From IMG/VR virus record IMGVR_UViG_3300010429_002123: a DNA stretch of 64,000 nucleotides. One strand, written 5' to 3'. Position 1 is the first letter of the stretch; each line of letters begins with the position of its first letter. The notes below the pieces were generated by a model, which worked only from the letters and a program-made list of their open reading frames with translations, was not told where the DNA came from and did no database searches. The stretch comes from a virus (lineage: Duplodnaviria; Caudoviricetes). Of the stretch, positions 1-9,900 are shown piece by piece. The position numbers were made by a program, and so were the translations under genes.

Positions 1-32
1 CGAATGCCTCTAGTTTCTTAATAGGTTAAAAA

Positions 33-428
33 ATGTTCACAAGACTTTTATATCAATGGGAATTTAATCAAGTAAAAGAGAGAGTGTATGCCTGCTCTAA
101 GATGCTCATGAAGCCTATCATCTTTATCGACGGAGCAGTTGAGGTGCCGATGAAGGCCGTTGTAGAGGACGCTCTCTCCACAAATATGGAAATGCAACTT
201 GATTATCTAAAATTAAGTTTTCCCAAGTCCTACTTGGAGGAAATAGGGGTGAGAGCCTTTACGGCATTTGACCAGTTTAAATACCGTAATCTGGAAAACC
301 TCCCATATAGACTGTTTAAAACAAGAGAAATGTATCCTAATGGTCAGACAATGGTTATAGGAGAGAACGGGCAAGAAATCACCGATTATTTGTTCTTAGC
401 CTTGTATGTTCAGCAGACAGTTACCTAA
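33..428 (+). CDS. Hypothetical protein, possibly head-tail joining/closure protein
   Basis: Size and position directly upstream of the virion morphogenesis gene; no diagnostic motif. Confidence 0.4.
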   Translation: MFTRLLYQWEFNQVKERVYACSKMLMKPIIFIDGAVEVPMKAVVEDALSTNMEMQLDYLKLSFPKSYLEEIGVRAFTAFDQFKYRNLENLPYRLFKTREMYPNGQTMVIGENGQEITDYLFLALYVQQTVT

Positions 429-435
429 TAAGTGA

Positions 436-909
436 GTGAAAGAGGTTAAAAGTATGCCGGGAGTAAAAACACAAATTGAGGGTCTGGAAGAGACAAAAGA
501 GCTTCTTGAAAGTCTTGTCGAACTGGATATGAAAAAACCTTTTGAAAGAGTAAAAAATCAAATGATACTTCAGGCGAATAAGAGTTTTGAGACGGAGACT
601 TCCCCCACAGGAAAACCGTGGGAACGTCCAAAGGCGAAAACAGTAAGAGAAAAAACTCGACTGGGTTTTCCCGACGCCCTTCTTCAAAGAACAGGAAGGC
701 TGAAAAACTCAACCTCAGACACCTCAGCGTGGTCTGTGACTGAAGATACTTTGACTTTCGAACCGAAAGTTCTTTACGGGAAGTTTCATCAGGAGGGGAC
801 AAAGAACCTTCCAGCAAGGGAGTTCTTAGACGACTTGACTTGTAAACAGGATTTTGAAAATGAGATAAATAATTATGTAAACAGTGTCATAGAGAGGCGT
901 AATTACTAG
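436..909 (+). CDS. Phage virion morphogenesis protein (Mu gpG / P2 gpS-like neck or tail completion)
   Basis: Motifs F-ETETSPTGKPW, LQRTGRLKNS, YGKFHQEGT, LPAREFL are typical of this family. Confidence 0.85.
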   Translation: MKEVKSMPGVKTQIEGLEETKELLESLVELDMKKPFERVKNQMILQANKSFETETSPTGKPWERPKAKTVREKTRLGFPDALLQRTGRLKNSTSDTSAWSVTEDTLTFEPKVLYGKFHQEGTKNLPAREFLDDLTCKQDFENEINNYVNSVIERRNY

Positions 910-1388
910 TGTTAAATGAAACAATAAGTGCCTTAAAAACTAAATTACTTACCGTTCCTGTGGCGAAAGTCCTGGAGTCCGAGCATCGAATAGCTATGGT
1001 GAGCAAAAATGACTACTTACAGGTTAAGTTTTCTCCCACAGACTTTCCTTTAATATTGTTAGACTTTATAAAAGGGGATATGAAGATTGCCGGGCTACAA
1101 CCTGGCGTAAACAATCTAACCGTCTATTACGGATATTCCTTTCCGGGAAATATAATAGTTGTCGGGAGAGGTTCGAGTATTAAAGATGTCAGAGAATCAG
1201 TAAATAACCTGGTGTTTGGAAATGCCGGGGTTTACAAAACTCTTTTACCGCCCCCCTCTATCTCTGTTGGGGGTGTTTCCGTAAAAATGAAACTTGGTCA
1301 GGCTTACACGCAGGCACTAAACATGGACTTAACAGAAGTTGCTTACATAGCTGTTATTATTCCGTGCGAGATAGAATTTAACTTATAA
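909..1388 (+). CDS. Putative tail terminator/completion protein
   Basis: Synteny between the morphogenesis gene and the tail tube genes; 159 aa. Confidence 0.5.
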   Translation: MLNETISALKTKLLTVPVAKVLESEHRIAMVSKNDYLQVKFSPTDFPLILLDFIKGDMKIAGLQPGVNNLTVYYGYSFPGNIIVVGRGSSIKDVRESVNNLVFGNAGVYKTLLPPPSISVGGVSVKMKLGQAYTQALNMDLTEVAYIAVIIPCEIEFNL

Positions 1389-1413
1389 TAAACAAAAAGA
1401 AAGGAGAACTATC

Positions 1414-2178
1414 ATGGCAACGACTTACGATTTTTTGGAAGTGACTCTCGGTGAATCCTACCTTAAGTTTGACGGAGAAACTCCGGGATACGCTGATGGA
1501 GTAGGAATAGAAGCTAAGATTGAGTATAAGACTTATGACTTTGGTGTACCCCTCAGAAGAATAGGGAAAGCAAAAATTAAATTGACCTTTAACGCAGACG
1601 CCTCTTTAAAAGAAATAAGACCTCTTAATCTTTTAATGTGTCTGGGCTTAAGTGAGGCAACTTTTCAGGACATTCTTGGGGCTACTCACACAGTTTCGAA
1701 TGAAGCAAAAACTTTTTCAGCAGAAAACGGGGGGACTTTAGAAACCGTCACTCTGGCTCACCCCGCACTGACGTCTACCCCTATAGTGGTCACAAACTCT
1801 GGAGGTACTGTGACTTACACAATAGGAGAAGATTACATAGTAGATACTCGAAAAGGAAGAATTTATCGGAATCCTGATGGAATAATCACCGCTGGTCAGG
1901 CTGTTCTGGTGGACTATGAATATAAAGAACTGAGTTACCAGCAGGTTAACTTTGCCCCGGACCTCTTGACTACAAGAGAAATAGACGTGAATATCTATCA
2001 CAGAAAACCAACCACCGGGGAACTTATAGTCATAGACTGCTTTAAAATGAGAGCGGGCGAAACTTCGATGGCGTGGAACCCTCAGGACTGGGTATCACTC
2101 CCTATAAAACTTATGGGATTTTATATGCCCGAACGTCCTAACTATTCTTACGGTCGAATAATGTGGTACTTAAACTAA
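1414..2178 (+). CDS. Major tail (tube) protein-like, paralogue 1
   Basis: Strong RBS (aaggag); tube-like N- and C-terminal halves with an inserted beta domain (GEDYIVDTRKGRI...VDYEY); synteny before chaperone and TMP. Confidence 0.7.
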   Translation: MATTYDFLEVTLGESYLKFDGETPGYADGVGIEAKIEYKTYDFGVPLRRIGKAKIKLTFNADASLKEIRPLNLLMCLGLSEATFQDILGATHTVSNEAKTFSAENGGTLETVTLAHPALTSTPIVVTNSGGTVTYTIGEDYIVDTRKGRIYRNPDGIITAGQAVLVDYEYKELSYQQVNFAPDLLTTREIDVNIYHRKPTTGELIVIDCFKMRAGETSMAWNPQDWVSLPIKLMGFYMPERPNYSYGRIMWYLN

Positions 2179-2197
2179 TAGGAGGTGAGAGTAAATT

Positions 2198-3277
2198 ATG
2201 ATGCAACCCTTTGCAAATTATATGACCTTTAATAACATGAAACTCGGAATAGGTCCCCTTTTGATAAACGGACGTAATGTCGGATATTTAAACGGGACTG
2301 TAACAGTAGAGTGCGGGGTACAGACAAAAGTTGTAGAAGCTCTTGCCCCTATGGTTCAGATAGGTTCTATACCTATTCAGATTTATCACAGGATAAAAAC
2401 ACAGCTTATGCAAATTTCCCCACAGAACTATTGCGAAGCTCTCGGTGTAGCCCAGTCCTCTCTTCGCACCTGGGACGGTGTGACTGATGAGTATGACTAT
2501 TACTGGGAAACAAGTCCAGCAAGTCAGCAGTTACTTCAGTTCTCAAATAGAGCGGGGAGCACCTTACAGTCAGTCAGGCTCGACCACACAAGGATAAAAA
2601 CAGGAGTAGACGCTCTGGTAGTAGGAAAACCTACTTCCGGGTCAACTGGTCCTATTGCGACCCACTCTATAAACGCTGCAGGAACCGGGTATTCTGCTTC
2701 TGCTGTAGTAACTGTGACGAATGGGGCAAATGACGCTACTATCACCATCAACACTGTCGATACTGGCGGAGAAGTTCTTACTTACACAATACTTTCAGCC
2801 GGAACGGCCTGCACTGTAGCTACAGGAGTAGCCACGACTTATGCGGGGGCAGGCACAGGCTTTAGAATAAATATTCTTACTGTTGCGTCCTCAATAACGT
2901 TGGTGGAAGGGGTAGACTACCTGGTAGATAATCTTCTAGGTGAAGTCATAGCAATTCCAGGTGGGGCTATAACCGCAAACATGGAGGCTTACTTTAAATA
3001 TAAGTGTGTTCCTCCGAAGAGTATTGAACTTGCTTTTGACCCCTTCGGTCTACTGCCAGCACAGAACGAGATAGATTACACAGCTCTGGACGTCAAAACC
3101 GGACAGGCTGTGAGAACATGGATGCCAAAAGCTGAAACTACGGTAGGTAACTTGACCATGAAAAATAATGACATATGGTTATACGACGTCACTATTGAAG
3201 CCGTTTTTGACTTCACGCCAGCCAATGTTAACTACCCACTTGGTTATACCAAGTTTGCTATAGATGCTTTGACCTAA
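2198..3277 (+). CDS. Major tail (tube) protein-like, paralogue 2 with an extra insertion
   Basis: LGIGPLLING..VGY N-terminus and GVDYLVDNLLGEV..YFKY segment parallel 1414..2178; extra AGTGYS/GAGTG-rich insertion. Confidence 0.65.
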   Translation: MMQPFANYMTFNNMKLGIGPLLINGRNVGYLNGTVTVECGVQTKVVEALAPMVQIGSIPIQIYHRIKTQLMQISPQNYCEALGVAQSSLRTWDGVTDEYDYYWETSPASQQLLQFSNRAGSTLQSVRLDHTRIKTGVDALVVGKPTSGSTGPIATHSINAAGTGYSASAVVTVTNGANDATITINTVDTGGEVLTYTILSAGTACTVATGVATTYAGAGTGFRINILTVASSITLVEGVDYLVDNLLGEVIAIPGGAITANMEAYFKYKCVPPKSIELAFDPFGLLPAQNEIDYTALDVKTGQAVRTWMPKAETTVGNLTMKNNDIWLYDVTIEAVFDFTPANVNYPLGYTKFAIDALT

Positions 3278-3316
3278 GTAAGCGGGAAACACTAATGAAC
3301 AGAGGAAATCTGAGTT

Positions 3317-3961
3317 ATGGACAATATAGGGTGGGCAGGGATAGGTTATCTTCTCCGAGGAGAAGAAGTGGAAACCAGTATAGGACCTGTTTTGGTAAAA
3401 GAATTTACCTTTAAGCAGGATATGCTTTTTAAACTCCATTTTAGTCAGTCTCCCCCCATAACTCAGGTTTCTTTTATTTGTCCTTTTTTATCTGAAGAAC
3501 ACCTGAGAACCCTGGGTGAGGAAGACATAAATAAGATTCTGGCCGTTAAAGAAGAGGTTAATACTGTGGTAAAAATTCCCGAGCCTGAGGGTAAAACTTT
3601 TGAGAGTGACTTTGACGAGGGGGTTGACCACCTCTGCACCCGCTGGGGAAGGTCTGCTGTAGAAATTTCCGAGACTTACAGCGTTTCAGGAATTCTTTAC
3701 TGGAATTACAAAGGAAACCAACGTGACAAAAAGGAATACGATTTTGCTATGGAAGAAGCGGGCGAAACTAAAACAGAAAACAAAGGACAGGGTTTACCGA
3801 CGGGGGCAAAAGAAGCTATAACCCAGAAAGCAAAAATTTCAGGAAGCAAACTCGAACAAGAAATAGACAAACTAATAAATAGTAAAGATTACAAAGAACA
3901 GTTAGAAAGAGCCAAGACTCTTATCCCCCGGGAGAAAGGTGGGGAAAACACCCAGAAATAA
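3317..3961 (+). CDS. Putative tail assembly chaperone
   Basis: Lies between the tube genes and the tape measure gene. Confidence 0.55.
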   Translation: MDNIGWAGIGYLLRGEEVETSIGPVLVKEFTFKQDMLFKLHFSQSPPITQVSFICPFLSEEHLRTLGEEDINKILAVKEEVNTVVKIPEPEGKTFESDFDEGVDHLCTRWGRSAVEISETYSVSGILYWNYKGNQRDKKEYDFAMEEAGETKTENKGQGLPTGAKEAITQKAKISGSKLEQEIDKLINSKDYKEQLERAKTLIPREKGGENTQK

Positions 3962-3973
3962 GGAGGTGAAACT

Positions 3974-6900
3974 ATGCCAGATTTAAAGTTTAACTTTTCA
4001 ACCAACGCTGAGAAAACAAAAAACGATTTTGTCTCTATTATAAACGAGGTAGACAGACTCACCAAAGCTCAAGAAGAACAATCCAAACTGGTTGAGGCTC
4101 TTCAAGGAAAAGAGAAGGGACTTATTGAGCAGATAACTCAAACCAGAGAAAAAGCTACAAAAAAGGCTATTGAAGATGGGAATAAGTATGCAGAAGCCAG
4201 TTCTGGTCTTGACAAAGAAGAACAGAACCTGAAAAAACTGTCGGAAGCTTACGAGAGTTCTAAAAAAGCTACAAAGAGTTATGCAGACAGTCAAAAAGAC
4301 GTTGAGAAAGCAATGGACGAGCTTAGGAAAAAACACGAAGCCCTTGTAGAAGAAATAAAAACTGCTCAGGGTCCTATCAAACAACAGCAAACGGTCACGG
4401 CTAAACTCAAGGAGACTTACGCTGAGACGGAGAAAGAGGCGGAAAAACTTGCCACGGCTAATAAGAAGGGCTCTCTGTCTTTAAGAGACTATGATACAGC
4501 CATGAAACCCATATCGGCTCAGCAGACTCTGCTAAAACAGCAAATAAAAGAGTCTGTTACCGTGCAAAATGGGTTGATAGACAGCTATGAGAAGCTAAAA
4601 GGTCAGCAAAAAGAAAATGTGGATTCTTACAAAAAACTGGAAGAGCATGGGCAGAAATTAGTAACCCTCAGAAAAGAAGAAATGGCCACAACCGAGAAGT
4701 TATCCGCTGAGATAAAAATAACTACAGAAAACGTGGCGAAACATCGTGAGGAAAAAGAAAAATACTCAGCTTCTTTAGGGGCTTCTCTACAAAAAGAGAA
4801 AGAACTAATTACAGCAATGAAAGATTCAGAAGAAGCACAAAAAGCTCTATCTGCAGAGGCTAAAAAGTATGATTCAATTGTAAAGACTCAAACAGAAACA
4901 CTGGAAAAACTGCAACGGGCAAAAATACAAGAAAAGGAAACTAACAGAGAGGCTTTAGATAATGTAAAAAAATTAACGGAGGAGACAAAAAATCTTGTTG
5001 AGCTTGAAAAAGTTCAAACAGTTGAGATAGAGAAACAAGAAAAAGTTCTGAGAGAACTAAACAAAGCACATTTAAAAGGGCAAATATCTCCAGATGATTA
5101 TAAAACTAAAAAAGCTGACCTCACTCAAGAGATTACCACTGGTCAGGCTAGTCGAACACTGACTAATGAAAAGTTAAAAGCAAATACACAGGCTCTGGAG
5201 GAGAATAAAAAAGTTGCGAAGAGTAGCAGTCTCGCTCTCGCTGAGTATGAAAAGAAGGTGGAGGAGACCGGAGCAACCCTCGTGCTTTCAACCATTCAGC
5301 AGGGTAAGGCCACAAACGCATTAGAGAAAGAACAGACTGTCTACTCACACCTCTCTGAGGAGAAGAAAAAAGTTTCTCAAGAAGTAGCAAAAGCACAAAA
5401 CGCCTTAGTAAACAGCACCAAACAGGAAGAAAAAGCCTTAGTAGCTGTACAGGGTGCCCTTGTTAATGAAACCACAGCCCTTGCTAAAATGGGAGGTGTT
5501 CTTTCTGCTACCGGAGAAAAACTCAAAAATTCCAACGAGGCAATGGAGAACACCAAAAAAGCTCTTAAAGGCATGGCCTTTGAAGAAAGAATGCGGGGTA
5601 TTGAAGAATTCAACACCTCAGTAAAAGACCTTATTTCTCCTCTGGAGCGTTTCGGTAAAGAATGTATGAGTGCCGGAAAGCAGGCTAACGACCTGGAAAA
5701 AAGACTAATTGGCTTTTCAAGAAGTGGGGAAGAGGCTAGAAAAGTAATAGAGCAGATTCACAAATTCTCTACTGAAAAACAGCCCTTCAAGTTAACCGAC
5801 TTGATGAACGCCGGTATACAGATGCAGAAGTTCGGGAAAAACACTGAAGAACTTCTTCCGAAAGTGGCCAACCTGGCTGCGGGGTTAAAAATAGGTATAG
5901 AAGGTCCTGCCCGTGCTGTCTCAATGGCTCTTAATGACAACCAGCGTGGTATGATGCAGTTAGAGAGGCAGTACGGTTTCACAAAAGATAAATTAATAGA
6001 ATACGGTGCTCAGTTAAAGACCTCCGGGCAGGTTGAGTTAAAGAGTGCAGAAACTAAAAAGGCCATCGTCGCTATACTGGACTCCTACGCAGGGTCTGCA
6101 GAAAAAGCGGGGTCTTCTTACAATGGAGCAATGACCCAGATGAGCAACTCAATTCAACTCATGAAAGAAAGTATAGGAAAAGAGCTTCTCCCTTTACTCG
6201 CACCCCTCGTGCAGGGGGCTGCAAAACTGGTAAAAACCGGTACTGAATTTGTTTCTGCAAATAAAAATGTGGTAGCTTCTGTTCTCGCTGTGGCGGCAGG
6301 TCTTGGTATGATGATGAAGGTAACAGATACAGTCATAGGTACTGTCGCTGGTCTTCAAAGAGCCTGGGGGGCGGCGGAAAAAGTCTACCAGACAACCACC
6401 AATCTGTTCAAAGCCGGAGAAATTACCAAACAAATACTTTCAAAAGAAACAACCCTCACAGTAGTAGCAGGTGAAAAAGTCCAACAGGCGGAAAAAATAC
6501 AGGGTGCCGTGGTCCAGGAAACCACCACGGGCACAGTAGTAGCTACAGAAACCCTGAAGCAGGCAGTTTTAGCAAAAACCGCTATTGCCGCCCGTGCCAT
6601 GTGGGTAGCCATGCTGGGTCCTGTGGGTTGGATACTTGCGGGTGCAGCCGTTGTGGGAACTCTCCTACTTATAAAAACTCGAATCATGGAAGCAAATGCC
6701 GAAGCGGAGAAAAAAGACGTTGAAGATTACGGGAAGAAGATGGCAAAAGGGTTCAAAAACGCCCGAGAAGAGATTGAACTCTTAAATAAAACTCCTGTCC
6801 AGATTGCTATAAAAGGAAATGCCGGAGAAATACTTGATGCCCTGACGGTAAAACTGAAAGCTCTCAGAGACCTTGAAAAAGAAAATTTAAAACAGGGTGG

Positions 6901-9900
6901 GCAGGGCTTCTCGGACTACACAACAAAAGAGAAGGTAATGGTTCCTATCTACAAAGAGGGTGGGGCACAGTATGGTTTAAATGCTGGGGTGCAGGTTCGG
7001 GTGGGGGCGGAAGAAAAAGAAATTGATGTCACGAAAAGGGGCGGAGAAGCTGTCTCAACAGCCCAAACAGAAATAGCAAAAACTGTAGGTGAATTAAAAA
7101 CCCTTCAGGAAGAGTATGATAAACATAACGTAACTTTAGATGATTACAAAAAACGTTACGGGGAGCTAAAGACGACTCTCGAGACCCACACAAAAACTCT
7201 GAGAGACGTGGGTCAGGCCACAATCGACTCAAAAGAGGGAGACAAACTTCTCGGAAAGCAACTTTTGCTTACCGCAGACGAAGTAGACAAAGTCAGTTCC
7301 GCTTATGACACTTACACAGCGTCTATGGCGGATGCCCAAAGAGGACTCACAGCCTTTTTAGACCAGCAAGCCAGGTTTAAGACCGATGCTCAGACTTCCA
7401 GAGCTAATTTTAAGTCTGCTATCGAAGAGAGCACAAAATACGCTGATGCTATTCGAAAAAACAATGAGGACATTGCAAAAGCTAATAAATGGCTTGTAGA
7501 GCACGGTTTTAAAGAAGAAAAAGCTGAAGACATGTTTAAGTCTGCTGGCTGGGAGAAGTATTTTAATAGTGTGGGGGAAGGGCAGAAAAAACTCGAAGGC
7601 GGAATGACTGCCACCCAGAGAGACGAGTTTGCGAAAAGACAGGCAGATTTGAAGCAAAACGAGAACTTCACAATGGAGAGTCTCAAAACCACACTTAACA
7701 CCATAAAGACCTCAGCCAAGCAGAACCTCGAAGTCTTCGCTGATTCAACAGGTAAACTCTTAAATGTAGACACTAAAGACCTTGAAGAGTTGCCGGGGGA
7801 AACGAGGGACATTCTGGGCAATGTGGTTAAAGAGTATAAGCTGGCAAATGACATAGAGATAGATGGTGAAAAGCATAAAGCGGGAGAGATAATAAAGGCA
7901 CAGAAAGTAACATACGAACAGACCCGTAAAATAATGGAGGATATGCTTCTCGCCCATGCCGGAGATGGAGAAAAACAAATCGCCGCCCGTGAGATGATTT
8001 CTAAAGAAATTCAAGCTACCTACATGCAGGAGCTGGAGCAAAAGAAAAAGCAGGTCAAAGCCTGGGAAGAAATGGACGCCGAAGCCTACGCCAAAAATGC
8101 GAAAGCCTCCCGTGAGATGTGGGCTCAGATAGAAAAAGATGACAAGGTTTCAATGGAAACCCGCATAAAGATGCGACAGACCTATGAGCAAGATGTAATG
8201 AAAGCTCAGTCTTCTTACTTTAAAGAGGAAAAAGACCGTCTCGACATGGGGTTGCATAACTATGCTCAGTATTACGACGCCCTGAGAACCTATCTGGTTG
8301 AAAACGCTGAGGAGCTGAAAAAGTTCCCGGAGAAATATGAACAGGTAGCAAGAGCCGTAGGGCAGGCGGGGGAACAGTTCTTCTCAGATTTCCAGAAAGA
8401 AAATGAACGCCTGGTAAAAGAGGGCACAATGAGTACCGGAGAGTCCCTAAAGGCTTCTCTCCAGTTCATGAAAGAACACGCCGAAATATGGGCAATGGAC
8501 GTTCAAAAAAGAGAGGACTTGGAAAGAGACCTTCAAAGAAGACTCCTTGAGTTCGAGAGACAGAGAGTTCAGGAAACATCAAAGATTGAAAAGGCGATAG
8601 CTGAAGCCAGAGGAGATAAAATAGGAGCTATTAAAGCAGAAACAGACGCACAGATAGCTTCTCTTGAAACACAAAAAGAAGCCTACCAGAGAAGCGGTGT
8701 GGAAAGAAACACTATTGATAAGTGGTATCAAACCGAAAAAGTAAAATTAAATGCCGATGCAAACTTAAAAATATCCCAGGACAATGCCAGAGTGATGCAA
8801 CAGCAACTAGATAATTACCAAAAGTTGCTGGAATCACAAAACAGAGCCAGAATAAACGTCAAGGGCTATCAGACAGAAGAAGATATTTCCTACGAAGAAA
8901 ACAGACAGAAAAAATTAATGGCTAGCCAGATGAACGCTGAAAAGAACTATACGGCGTTTTATGAGCAACAGTTAAACACAAGACATCAGATACTTCTAAA
9001 GAGCGGGGAAGTGGTCACAGAATCCGGGGCAGACATTCTTGAAAAAGCCAGAAACATGGTGGAACTCACAGATGAAGAACAACAGTTCTTTAATGTGATA
9101 GAACAGGCGAACAGCAAGATAGTAACGTATCAGGACAGCCAGCTTAACGCACAAAAAACTCTTGTTGACCTCGCCAACCAGAGAATAGCTCTTGAGAAAA
9201 AGCACATGGACTTCCGTCACCAAAACGACGCCCTGGATAAAGACAACTGGGAAAAATCTCTCGCTCTCGATTCCTCAATGTATGAGCTGAAGAAACAACA
9301 GTTCCAAAAACACGCTCTGGATATGAAGATGTCTGCAGAACAAACCAGCAGACAAATCTTAGACATAGAAAAAGCCAGATGGCAGAAAGAACGGGAAAAC
9401 CAGAAGAAAGTCTCCGAAGAGTTTATTGAAGGCACTGAAAATCAAATTGAAGCTATTCGAGTCCAGGCGAAAGAATATGCCTCTCAGGGAATGAAGAGAG
9501 AAGAGATTGAAAGAAACACTCAGGGCAGGTTAAGGGCTCTCTACATAGAAAGCACAAAGAACTTTGTAGAACAGGAAAAAGCAAAACTCGCTGAGGCGGT
9601 AGCAACAGCAGAGGCCATAAAAGGTCTCAATGAGCAGGTAGCGGCGAAACAAAAAGAATTAGAAGCTCTGAGAGGCACCTCTTCTTTTATGAGAGGTGAG
9701 GGAGACTCCCCTCTTCTTACAGCAGACCAGGCTCTCAGTAAGCAGAGAAGTCCAGAAGGTTTTTCAGACCCTGTCCTCCAGAAACTGCAGGCAGAAAAGC
9801 AGGCTGAAAAAGACATAGGAACTTTAAAGAGCCAGTTAAACGCTGAACTAGAAAAAGAAAAATCTTTAAATCAGGATATAAAGCAACTCCAACAGGAAAG

